Below are positions 38,917-51,779 of a stretch of DNA of 64,000 nt, piece by piece. The DNA comes from Mobula hypostoma. Taxonomy: Eukaryota. Positions within the stretch are counted from its first letter, which is position 1. Each line of letters starts with the position of its first letter. The position numbers and the translations under genes are program-made. The notes beneath the pieces are model-generated. The model saw nothing but the letters and a program-made list of their open reading frames with translations, was not told where the DNA came from and did not search any database. The stretch spans positions 17,422,001-17,486,000 of the forward strand of contig NC_086097.1 of assembly GCF_963921235.1 (NCBI RefSeq), in the 5' to 3' direction.

Positions 38917-39307
38917 ATAGGTTTAAGATGAGAGAGGAGAGATTTAATAGCAAACTGACAGGCAGCTTTTTCACCAAGAGGGTGGTCAGTATATGAAATG
39001 AGCTGCCAGAGAAGTGATGAGGCAGGTGCATTCAAAAGGTACTTGGACAGGTACTTACAGGTAGATAGGAAAGCTTCAGCAGGATATGGTCCCAACCCAG
39101 ACAGATGGGAATCTCAGTCAGCATGGATCAGTTGGACTGAAGGACTGTTTCCATGGTGTGTGACACTATGACACTATGACCATTGTCTTTGCTCACTCAG
39201 CTTGCCAATGGACCCTTTAAACTTTTTAAACCATTCCCAAATAGAACGCACAACACATATAAAATATTTGAATGATTGCATTACTGTAATAATAACAAAC
39301 TTAAGTA

Positions 39308-40175
39308 CAGGTTGAGTACACCTTATCTGAAATGTTTGGGGCTGGAAGTGTTTAGGATTTTGGAATAGATAATGAGATAGCTTGGGATTGCCATCATTTC
39401 TGACTTTGAATTTACAGTATGCGCTACCAGTAAGCAGTCTTTGTCTTACACTTGTTCATCACACATATGTACTTAACAGTAAAAATGATTACATTAATAT
39501 ATTGAAAATATAATATGTGTAGGGTAACAAAAGCAGTAACAGCAACATCAGAACACCTGAATCAGCTGTTGAACAACACAAACAGCAACAGGCTTTCAGT
39601 CTCCACCTACGTTGCTGTGTTTTGATTAAAAGGTATTTGTATTTTACTTTTTTTTAGGTTTTATGTAAAGTATAAAATCAATCTGCATTGTAGGCTTGTT
39701 CTGGTGTTAGATTTGCATCGGTGATGATCTTTGAAAACTTATCAGTGAATTTCTCTGCCATTTTATGATCAGTAGACTCTTTATCTCTAAATTTTTTTAA
39801 AGCTTTAAAAAAGTAATGCTGTGCCTTTTCTTAAATTTCTGTAACCAACCTGCTGAATATTCACGATTACATTCAATTTTCAGTTTGTCCTAATAGATCT
39901 TTGCTTGTTTCATGATCAGCATACCGTTAAGCAATAGATCTTCACTCCGATGTTGACGAATCAGCTCTTACAATACACAATTGAGATCTTCATTCTTCAT
40001 GCAGTGTTTTTCTATTTTTCATTAACTTCTGTTTATTACATATGTGAGGTCACTTATTAGAACTTTTTGTGGTGCACAGAGAAATTTCCATTTGTGACAT
40101 CATGTCAGCGTTCAAAATAAACTTCTGATTGAAGAAATTTCGAATAAGAGGTTAGGGGTTCTTGTACTCAACATG
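39308..40175. mobile_element. Tigger/pogo-like DNA transposon relic
   Basis: TA|CAGGTTGAGTAC...GTACTCAACATG|TA; terminus resembles Tigger4/MER46-type TIRs. Confidence 0.7.
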
Positions 40176-41173
40176 TACAAGTTCATAAGATTCAAAGAAC
40201 TGATGCATTTACATTTTTCATGTTTACATAACTCACAGAACTACACTGCCATATTTACTAAAGTCACAACCCAGTCTCTTAAATTTAAACAACTTCCCCC
40301 AACAGAAAATTCGCCTATCAGCTTCTTTTTAACTACGCTGTTAAACTGTGGAACTCAGTAGCTAAAACTATAAGGGATGCAGACCCAGTTGATGCCATTA
40401 AAGGCTAGCTCAAAACCTATTTATTTAACCTTGCTTTTAACTAACATTGTTCTGTCTTTTATTTTTTGTTTGTACTTTATGCCATTGTAAAGCATTTTGA
40501 AGTACATTTGTATGAAAAGTGCTCTATAAATAAGTTATTGTTATTATTATTGTTAAAAGAAAAGATATTCTAAAATTGACAGGCAAAGAGGATGGAAATA
40601 AAACCAGGTATTCACTTTCTGAGAATGTAAACTGCTTTCACAGGAGAACACAATAGAAATCGTAACACAATCAAAATGACAATCCTTTCATGTTTTACAA
40701 GAGACAAATGAGCCACTTAGCTTATTTTTATTGTCCATGTTTCAGAGTCTATGATTTGCTGGCAGGATCAGCATTTATTGCCTTTCTCCATTCACACATG
40801 AGCCACTTCTTGAACCACAGCATTCCTTCTAGTGAAGATACTCCTACAGTGCTGTTGGGTAGGAAGTTCCATGATAAGACCTAGGGTTGAAGGAGAAGTA
40901 GTGACATATTTCCAGATCAGAATGTTGAGCAACTCTCCGAGGGGCAGCATGATAGTGTTAGCAGGTAGTGTAAGGCCATTACAGTTCCAGCAACCTGGAT
41001 TCAGTTCTGCCTTTATCTGCAAAGAGTTTGTACATTCTCCCCCATGGTCACTTGGGTTTCCTCTGTGTGCTCCAATTTCCTCCAATGTTCCATAGACATA
41101 TGGGTTAGTAGGTTACATACATCAAAGTTGCTGGTGAACGCAGCAGGCCAGGCAGCATCTCTAGGAAGAGGCG

Positions 41174-41210
41174 CAGTCGACGTTTCAGGCCGAGACCCTT
41201 CGTCAGGACT
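41174..41210 (-). ncRNA. Minimal hammerhead ribozyme motif
   Basis: Reverse-complement copy with a 4-bp stem I. Confidence 0.75.
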
Positions 41211-41214
41211 CAGT

Positions 41215-41252
41215 TAGTCCTGACGAAGGGTCTCGGCCTGAAACGTCGACTG
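41215..41252 (+). ncRNA. Minimal hammerhead ribozyme motif
   Basis: Identical to 14617-14654. Confidence 0.82.
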
Positions 41253-43009
41253 CGCCTCTTCCTAGAGATGCTGCCTGGCCTGCTGCGTTCACCAGCAACT
41301 TTGATGTATGTTGCTTGAATTTCCAGCATCTGCGGAATTCCTGTTGTTTGGGTTAGTAGGTTAATTGGTCACATGAGTGTAATTAGGTGGCATGCTTGCA
41401 TTGGGCCAGAAAGGCATCTCTAAATTAAAGAAAACCAGGAGGGAACCTGCAAATAGTGGTACACTAATGCACTTGTAGTCCTTGTCCTTCTTGCTGGTTG
41501 AGTCTGTGGGTTTGGGAGGTTCTGTCTGAGTAACCTGGATGAGTAACTGCAGTGCATTTTGTAGATGCTTCCTCACACTTTTGTAGATGGTACTGCAACT
41601 ATTTTCTTCCATTGGTAGAGTGATTGAATGTCTATGGTTACTAATAGGAAGCTTTTTCCTGAAAGCTGTCTAGTTCTTTGAGAGGTCTTAGAGCTGCCTT
41701 CATCCAGATAGATAGGGTATACAGTCATATTTCTATCTTATGTCTTATTAAGAGTGGAAAGTCTATGGGGTATCTGAGGGTAAACTACTATCTGTCTCTG
41801 ACCTGCTCTTGCATCCACTGTATTGATGAAGCTAATTCATTTGTGTTTGCCATTAATAGTGATGTTGAAGGAAATACTAACGGTAATGTGGGGTAAAATA
41901 TCATTTTCTGTCCATGTGAAAAAATAATTTTTGATATTGTGGCAACATTCATGCCTGTGGCTCATACCGCTAAGGTTAAGTAAATTCCAACCAGCCCCAG
42001 CAATGGAGATTGGAATCCTTAGAGCTTGCTATCATTACAATGTTTAGATCCAGTGAGTGTGGACTTGTTCATTGTATAGATTGCGGGAGTCCATAACTTC
42101 TGATCTTCAAGTTGTTATATGAAAACCCATAACCATAAGAAAAATGTTGCCTCATTCACAGAAAATAAAATGGCTTGGTCATATATTTGGAAGAATCAGA
42201 ATAGATATGTTGAAAATAGGTGGCAAAGGAAAAATTGAGCAGGGGAACTAAAAATAATGTTTTTTGCTTTTCACTGTTGTGCATAGAATTCCTCACACTT
42301 TAGTTGTTTCTTTTTGCAGGCATCCTGCCTATTCGCTTTAAATAAGTAGGTGTCTATTTAAATTTGTTAATTATTGTCTAATACCTGCCTTGAATCCCAG
42401 CATGGATCACCTCAAGTAGTTTGTTCGCCAGATTACTGGATATTTCTTGTAGCATTCTGGGTGCTTCTGGTACTGGTTGGTGCTGCTAGCTTCAGGGAAG
42501 CAGAACTAGTACTAATCACAACAGTGACAGGAAGTTATCCTGAAAGGAGCAGCATGCGCCTCACCATGGTAGTACTGTAATTCAAATGATGCTGTATCTC
42601 AGCATTCCCACTGATCTGCAGGAGAGCATAATATTCTTACGCTTCTCGTTCATCTTTGATGCCTCTTCTGGATAAATGATTTTTAATAAATGAAAGAGCC
42701 AGCCTGTCTTCACTTTGCTTAATTTAACCTATTTGGTCCAGTCTTCAAGAGAGGCAGTTAGGGGGAAGGGGGCCAGAATAGGAAGACTCAGGGACCTAAT
42801 TGAAGATTGCAGTCTTTCAACAAAGACCAGCAACAAGAATGTAGATGAAGATTTCTTGAACTTCTTCCAGGTGAGGTTTCGGCATTTTGGGCTAGGCTGT
42901 AGGCTTGAGGTGGCGCAACTGTTAGGATGGGAAGTGGGTTAGGTAGATGCAGGACAATTGGCTATTGTATGGCCAAACATAAAGAAGGCAAGCCACAGTA
43001 GTCAGTAAG

Positions 43010-43480
43010 TTAGATGAGGCCACCCTCAGGGTGGAGGAGCAACACCCTATATTCCATCTGGGTACCCTCCAACCTGATGGCATGGATATCGACTGTAGCT
43101 TCCTGTAAATTAATTTCCTTTCCTTTATTCCCAACTGTGACCTTTTTGCTTCTTCTCACCTACGTATTACTTACCCTGGGTCCTCTCCTCCTTCCCTTTG
43201 TCCTATGGTTCACTCTTCTCTCCTCTGAGATTCTTACTTCTCCAGCCCTTGACCTTTCCCATCCATGTAGCTTCGCCTATCACCTTCCAGCTAGCCTCTC
43301 CTCCCACCCCCCCCACACCTTTTTATTCTGGAATCTTCCTCTTTCCTTCTCAGTACTAAAGAAGGGTCTTGGACCAAAACATTCATTATCCATTCATTCC
43401 ATAAATGCTGCCTGACTTGCTGGTTCCTCCAGCATTTTGTGTGGGTTGGTTTGGATTTTCAGCATCTGCAGACTTTCTCT
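43010..43480 (+). mobile_element. Old Penelope 3' fragment
   Basis: Endonuclease C-terminus (EATLRVEEQHPIFHLGTLQPDGM) and degenerate 3' UTR. Confidence 0.8.
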
Positions 43481-43811
43481 TATTTAAGCGCTCTCATTGT
43501 TAGATGGGTGAACAGTACTTTGAACTTTGAACAGCTAGCAGCAGGAGACTGGGGAGTAGAGAAGATGAGTACATTTCTGGGAATCAAGAGAAGGAAGAGA
43601 CAATGGTTTAACAGGAAAGAAGGTGAGAAATGAGGCAGGTACTAAGAGGGATGAGGAGCAAGAGAGTGGGGAGACTGAGGAAGCAGATAGGGGAAAAGGG
43701 TTAAAAATAGGTCGACTGAGGGAACATCTGAGAAAAAGTGTGTGTGCTAGATCATGTATCTGAGCTCATTTTAGGGGATGATCATGGCTTGTGTGTACTT
43801 TGTGTACTGTG

Positions 43812-43853
<42 letters not shown>

Positions 43854-44274
43854 CCTATGCAGCAAAGCCTTGTCTCCAATTATCTTGCATCTCTCTAATA
43901 TCAGACCAAGTCCTTGCTTTTTCAGGGCAGCATGGTAGCTGATGTGCAATAGCTCTTTTACATTAGACAATTAGACCATAAGATATAGAAGCAGAATTAG
44001 ATCCATTTGGCCCATCAAGACTGCTCCACCATTCCATCATGGCTGTTTTATTTTCCCTCTCAGCCCCCATTCTCCTGCCTTCTCCCCATAACTCATAAAA
44101 CAAAGACCATTTTTCAGTGAAACAAAAGTATTCTGAATCTTGAGAGACTGTATAAGAGGAATAATAAATCTTTATTTTGCTGTGTTTTCCATTAGCTTTC
44201 AAATAAAAATGACTAGATACACAACCAAGATCTTAGCTATTCATTGTTTTAATGAAAAATTTCTCTCAATCTCA

Positions 44275-45310
44275 GCTACAGTTGAGTGTATAAAGGGAAA
44301 ACAGGAGGATAAATACAGGACCCTGGTGAAGCACTTTGTCAAATGGTGCAAGCTGAATCATCTGCAGCTCAACATCAGTAAGACAAAAGAGATGGTAATG
44401 GACTTTAGGAAGATCAAAACTATACTGCTCCCTGTTACTATTGATGGTGAGGACCTACAAGAACCTAGAGGTGCATCACTTGAGATTTGAGTGGAGCACC
44501 AACAGAGAGGCTGTGTACAAGAAGGGCCAGAATTGTCTCTACTTCTTGAGGAGACTGAGATCTTTTGGAGTTTGCAGGCCTCTCCTTCACATGTTCTGCC
44601 AGTCTGTTGTCACCAGTACAGTCTTCTATGCAGTGGTGTGCTGGGGCAATAGCATCAACATGGGTGATGCCAGCAGGCTCAATAAATTGACTAGAAAGGC
44701 TGGCTCTGTATAAGAGTCAAACTGGACATACTTGGAGGCTGTGGTAGAACAAAGGACCCTCTGCAAAATCTTGGCAATTCTGGACAATATTTCCCACTCT
44801 CTGCATGCCACCTTGTCTGAGTAGAGGAGCACTTTTAGTAATAGACTAAGATAACTGCACTATTCCAAAGAGTGCTATATGAAATAATTTTCACCCTTAG
44901 CATTTAGGCTCTATAATGAGTCAACTTAAAGCCGAGGAAGTGATGACCCCTCTCCTGTTAGACTGTTATTAATCTTTGCTTACCAGAGCTCTGTTTAAGC
45001 TCTTTTCAGCTCTGTATATTTTTTAACTCTCTATATCCCTGTTATCATGGACACCTTGTGCAATACTACCTCACTTCTTATCTGGACGGTGTGAATGTGC
45101 AGCTATTACCGTATAATATTACAGTAATTCTTGCACTACCATCTTATTAGTGTGAACTTGGAAATCTTGTAAATCTTCTAATCTTTGATTTGTAAATCTT
45201 GTATATCTCATTTTGAAGGTAACTTATTTTTCATTTTTTTTACTACTCTTCTAATATGTGTATTGTTGTGCACTTGTAATGCTACTGTGATCAATAAAGT
45301 ATCTACCTAT
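44275..45310 (+). mobile_element. Rex1/Babar-like LINE 3' end
   Basis: NHLQLNISKTKEMVMDFR; KKGQ..LYFLRRLRSF. Confidence 0.82.
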
Positions 45311-46539
45311 CTATGCAGTTCATCCCTGGCCTTAGGTATGGAAATACCATGATCCATGCTGTATATCTTATTTAAAGTTCAGAGGTTTAGATTCCTAATT
45401 TTGAGTATTTAACCTCCATTTCTTGATTCTAAATTTGATAAACTATAAAACTCTAGATCAACTTGAACCTACTGCAGCCTTTGGAATTAGGCCTAGGGCA
45501 AGACAATGGACTGTGGACAGCAACCAATATAAACTGTAGGACAGACAAGGGTGCCAAATCCTACACACTCCTAAAATGTGGTCACTGATGATGTGACTGC
45601 TCTTACCGTACTACACTTGGCTTTCCTCACACTGATTTTTTTTTGGTGAATAAGTTATTTTTATTTTATTTGATGTTTAATGTTCATTATTCAGTAGAAA
45701 CATGGAAATTATTCTATAATTTACTGTGCTGGAGAACAAGCCATCTACGGAAAAGGAATGGGGTGGGAGTGGGTGCTTGAAGGCTTGAAGACAAGGAATC
45801 AACAGTCGTGTTTGTTTTTCTTTCAGTGTACTGGTTCAAAAAACACTTCTCAAAACAAATGAAGACATTTCATGACTCAGTAGTAAAACAGATGTTGGTT
45901 TTACTTGATTTTTTCATCTGAATCTAATGCTTGACCTTTATAGTGTATTTAAAAAATAGTTATTACATGCATCTGCCTGAAGCAGATGATGTTTGAAATC
46001 TATAAAAGTAGTTCAACACAAGCATATATTCTACATGAATGTGGAATTCTGCAGAATATATATTAGAAACAGAGCTTTCACACACAAAATGCTGGAGGAA
46101 CTCAGCAGGTCAGGCGGCATCTGTAGAAAGGAATAAAATCAGTCAGCATTTGAGCCAAGACCCTTCATCAGGACTCAAAGTCAGACTTTGTTGACAATTT
46201 ATGTTCCACTTATGCCTCACCTATTCTTTCTCCATTTAATCTATTAGAATAATATCTTATTTCTTCTTCACATGCTTGTCGAGTTTTCTTTCACTGTACC
46301 ACATGTTCTCCTACCACTCCCAGGATAAAGTACTGTATATCTTTGTTGTTTGATTATTTTAGTGGTGGCTTCTGGTTTTGATCTTCTCCACCAGTAGAAT
46401 CACAATATTAAAATATTTTATAACTGTAAAGACCTCTGTTATAACACTCAGTCATTTCTGTTATTGTCCTTGCAAATCACTTCCCAACTCTCCAGTGTCT
46501 CCAAATAATTTTTTGACATGATATGAGATATTGAGGCCA

Positions 46540-48427
46540 TGGTTAAAAAAAAGAGGGCATTTGTAGCAAGTATAGGCAGTTAGGAACACTTGAGGTGTTT
46601 ATGAAGTACAGTATAAGAAATGCAAGAAAACACTTAAGAAAGAAATCAGGCCGTCTAAAAGAAGGCATGAGATTGCCCTAGCAAACAAGGTGAAAGATAA
46701 TCCTAAGGGATTCTACAGATATGTTAAGAGCAAAAGGATTCCAAGGGACAAAATTGGTCCTTTAGAAGATCAGAATGGTAATCCATGTGTGAAGCCAAAA
46801 GAAATGGGGACACAGAGTCTATAGAAGTGAAGCAAAGTGGCATCGACTTCATGGACCCTATACAGTTACTGAGGCGGAGGTGTTTGCTGTCCTGAGGCAA
46901 ATTAGGGTGGATAAATCCCCAGGGCCTAACAAAGTGTTCCATCAGATCTTGCGTGAGTCAAGTTAAGAAGTGCCAAGGACCGAGTAGGGATATTTAAAAC
47001 ATTCTTCATGACAGGAGAGTTACCAGAGGATTGGAGGATAGCCAGTGATGTTCCGATGTTCTAAAAAGGGTCTAAACCGAAACCAGGAAATTATAGGCCA
47101 ATGATTCTGACATCAGTTGTGGGAAAGTTATTGGACGGTATTCTAAGGAACCAGATATATAAGTATTTGAGTTGACATGGACTGATTAAGGATAGTCAGC
47201 ATGGCTTTGTGTGTGGTAGGTCATGTCTAACCAATCTTATAGAGTTTTTCAAGGAAATTACCAAGAAAGTTGATGAAGGCAAGGCAGTGGATGTTGGCAA
47301 GGCATTTGACAAGGTCCTGCATGGGAGGTTGGTCAAGAAGGTTTAGTCACTCAGTATTCAAGATGAGATAGTAAACTGGATTAGGCATTGGCTTTGTGGC
47401 AGAAGCTAGAGAGTAGTAGTAAGTGGTTGCCTCTCTGACTGGAGACCTGTGACTAGTGGAGTGCCACAGGGATCATGCTGGGTCCATTGTTATTTGTCAC
47501 CTATATCAACGATCTGGATGATAATGTGGTTAACTCGATCAGCGTATTTGCAGGTGACACCATCATGGTTGCAGAGGTATATGAACCAGCTGGAAAATAG
47601 GCTGAAAATTTGCAGTTGGAATTTAATGCAGACAATTGTGAATACTGTAGTTGCACTTTGGTAGGACCAACCAGGGTAGGTCTTACACAGTCAACAGTAG
47701 GGCATTGAGGGGTGCAGTAGAACAAATGGATCTGGGAATACAGGTCCATAATTCATTGTAAGTGGCATCACAGGGGGATAGGGTCATAGAGAGTTTTTGA
47801 GTTTTTGGCATTTTGGCCTACATAAATCAAAATATTGAGTACAGGAGATGGGATATTATGTTGAAGATGTCTAAGTTGGTAAGGCCTAATTTGGAGTACT
47901 GTGTGTAGTTTTGTTCATCTACGTACAGGAAAGATGTGAATAGGTTGAAAGAGTACACAGAAAATTTACAAGGATTTTGCCGGGTCTGGAGGACCTGAGT
48001 TATAAGGAAAAATTGAATAGGTTAGGATTTTATTCCTTGTAATGTAGAAGATTGAGAGGAGATTTGATAGAGGTATACAAAATTATGAGAGGTATAGATA
48101 GGGTAAAATGCAAGCAGGCTTTTTCCACAGAGGTTGGGTGGGGCTACAACCAGAGATCATGGGTTATGGGTGAAAGGTAAAAGGTTTAAGGGGAACATGA
48201 GGGGAAATTTCTTCACTCAGAAGGTTGTGTGAGTGTGGAAAGACCTGCCAGCCAAGTGGTGCATGCAAGCTCGATTTCAACATTTAAGTTTGGATAGGTA
48301 CATGGTTGGTAAGAGTACGGAGGGCTATGGCCTCCATGCAGGTAGATGGGAGTAGGCAGTTTAAATGGTTTGGCATGGACTGGATGTGCAAAAGGCCTGT
48401 TGCTGTGCTGTACTTTTCTATGACTCA
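46540..48427 (+). mobile_element. Decayed CR1 LINE
   Basis: PGNYRP, SQHGF, SGVPQGS remnants and CR1 3' UTR. Confidence 0.88.
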
Positions 48428-51400
48428 GTGTGGTTTTTAAGAAATTTTCCGAGAATGATCTGATACAATGATAGAATGATACAATGTACATAGGTTAAGG
48501 ACAACTATAAATTGAAGAAAGTGCCAAACATTCTATATGGGGAAGAGGAAGACCCTGATGTGGTACTGTATTTCAGAACATTAATGGAGGGAAAAGGGTT
48601 GAAGCCTTTCCAGTAAGACTTAAGAAAGTTAAAGTATACCTAAAATGTAATGATTACTGGCAGAGTGATGATATGAGGCATTTCAATTATTTTAGATTTT
48701 TGAGGTTGGAGCAAACACTAACATATAAAGAATCTTCTGAGATGTATTCAACAGAAAGACAGTACCTGGTTCCATATTTATTTAATACCATGTATAAGGT
48801 GGCTATTTTGGACCTGGTTCTGGTCCTGGAAAATAAAGTGGACTGAGTTATGAGGAAGGACCAAGGGCCATCTAGAGGAGAACGTCTTCAGTGGAGGAGG
48901 GTTAATTACAACAGGAAGAGAAGATATTTGGCTTGGGTTAAGTTGAACCAAAAGATTGAGAAGTAAAACTGAAAATTATAATAGGTGACCTTTAAAGAGA
49001 TGTTTCAAATACAGGAAGTGTATATTTCCATAAGGGGGTGAGGGAAGAGTTAGAAGAGAATAAGGCCCAGAAATTAGATCAATTGTTACTCATTGTTCAG
49101 GAAGTAAACTTACAAAAACAAATATCACTTGAGCCAGACTGTAATGGCAATTATTTTGGAGTTTTATTTATTTATTTATGTATTTACTTACTTTGAGATA
49201 CAAAGCAGAATAGGCCCTTCTGGCCCTTTGAGCCAGACCACCCGGCAAACCCCCCCAACAGTCCTGATTTGACCTTAACCTAATCATGGGACAATTCACA
49301 TTGAACAACCTACCCAGTATTGGACTGTGGGAAGAAACCAGGGGACCTGGAGGAAACCCATGCATTCTACAGAGAGGACATACAGAAACTCCTTAGAGAG
49401 GATGTGAGGATTGAGCTCTAAATTCCAACGTCTTGAGCTGAAATAACCTCATACTAACGGCTGTGCTACCGTGGTATCATACATTTCTGTCGCAATATTG
49501 GACTGGGCACTTCTGGGCTAATATACTATATTTGATTTCTACCTTGAATTAATTACAATATAATTTAGGCACAGCATCATTCACTGTCTACTGATAAATT
49601 CAGGCCTCCTGTTGAGGAAGTGATTGTTATATAACAATCACACAAAAAAAACCAAGCCCTTCCATGGATAAAAGATATCTTTGGGATAGAAAGAGGATAT
49701 ACAAAGTAAAATTTGATACTGGTAGACATTAGTATATCCAAAAAGGAAGAGAGGATTTTTAATAGAAATGTGTATGATCGTGCCGGGATTACATAGGATA
49801 AAAAGAACAAAGTTATTTTCCTCTGTGGATGGTTAAAAAAATGTTCATAGTTTTGAACACATGGGAGGTAGTGAGGAAATATTCAATGCAGAGAACAGTT
49901 ATGATCAAGAACATTCTTTGTAACTATAATGGCAACATGCATTTGAATGAGAACCATGGGGAAAAGATTAGGGATTGGGATACGCTGACAGTTATACAAG
50001 GTGAAAGGCAAGTATTCTTGATGTGTACTGCACAATTTACTCTTCTGATAATTCCCTGCTATTAAATTTTCCATCTAAAAATAAAAAAACAGTATTTAAA
50101 TTTGCTTCTGTTATTGCCCATTAGTCTCCAAATCAAATAAATTTTCTATTAATCACAATAGAAGGCCTTTTGCTTTTAGACTTCCTCAAAGGGATTGGGT
50201 CTGGAAAAAGATAAATAAGGTTAAAAATTGAACAGCTGTAACCTGAAACTGTTTTGTTTGGTTAAGCTGTGGCTTTGCAATACGCAAAGCAGACCAGCAA
50301 GTGCAATATTAAGCAGTTAAGTTGCTAATGCATCATGACATATTGAAAATTTACTATTGCTTGAAACATGCTCTGAAAATCTCTGTAATATCAAGTGTAC
50401 TTAAATTAAAAATGCAATGTAATGACAGCCAAAAAATTGGAAGCAATAGCAAAATGGAAAGATACATTATTGAGATCTACGAGAGTGTGATTTCTGCTAT
50501 GAGCATGGATCTGACAATTCTTGATGGACTTGTGAAAGAGGTCACAGTGGGGTCCACAAGGTAAGCATGTATCAAATGATATAATATTTGCGATGTCTTC
50601 TGTTTATATTATACATTCCATTTTAGGGAATAGAGTTAAGGAATTCACCATAAAAAAGAATTGGGTTAAATGTTGTATGATATATTCCTTTGAGATTTGC
50701 TTCTTGTGCAGCTGAAAGCATCAGGATTGTTAATTAGGCCATTGTTTGATGCAGATTTGAACACATGTTTGAAATATTTTCTTCAAACAGACTTTCAAAG
50801 GAGAAAAATAGATCTGATAATTAAAATATGATGTGATGAAGTCATTTCCATGAAGTATGAAAAACATCTAATGAAAATGACAAGATCGCATATGGTGTAA
50901 ATATTTGCCATCTCCTGAAGTCTGCTGACGCTGCCGCTTTGCTCTACAAATCTGACTGCCTAATTAGGAACCTGGTACACATCCAGTAAAACAGTTGGCT
51001 TCAGTGGAATATCAGATTGAGGGAATCTCATTGAAAGACTTAGATGACATCATGATAAAAACAACTGAAGATCTAAGTTCCAAAGTCTTAAAGTTACTCT
51101 GTCTTAGGAACATATTTGGAGTTGGTTAAAGGATGGTGTTTCATCAAGACTGGAACATTATACCCTGTTCCTCAGTTTGCATATGGCTATGTGAACACTT
51201 GTATGTTGAGGTTCTTGACACGATTAATGGTTTTAGGTGAACCTGGTGGGGACAGATGAACTTACACTGCCAAAGGGTCATTTGGGCAAAATTTCATGAC
51301 GTGAACGAAGCTCTGATCATCAAAGCCATAATCACAGTTTAGTCTTTTTTCTAATTTTCCACTTCTATTGCAAGGGGTTACATCTCTGGCTCTATCTCAA

Positions 51401-51779
51401 ATATTTCAAGATGGACTAAAAACTGAAAATCAAAAACCTGCAGATGCTGGGAAATTTGGAAATTTAACAGAAGATGCTGGAAATACTCAGCAGGTCAGGC
51501 AGCAGCTATAGAAAGAGAAAGAGAGTTAACATTTCTTTACAAAGACCTTTGTTAAAGGGTTTCAATATTTTCTGATTTTACTCTAAGCCTTCTTGATAAA
51601 GATTAAATCATGAAGAAAAATCTTCTTTCACCAAAGAATGGTGGAAATATGGAATTGAGTGGAGTTCAGATATGGAGGGCTTGCAGGAAATGTTATGAAG
51701 GACATTTAGGGGAGACTATAGATGAACATGTGAAGAAAGAATAAAGAATTACACACACACACACACACACACATACAGA

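Larger units (their letters stand above)
37695..39180 (+). mobile_element. Old CR1 3' end hosting the solo LTR
   Basis: VQRRFTWMLPG..SRTRGH, continuing after 38917. Confidence 0.8.
41116..41348. mobile_element. Miniature fold-back Penelope 3'-end insertion
   Basis: 96-bp perfect inverted arms (41115-41210/41216-41311), 5-nt loop, about 37-nt tail, TSD TGGGTTAGTAGGTTA (41101-41115/41349-41363; position 41115 ambiguous). Confidence 0.93.
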
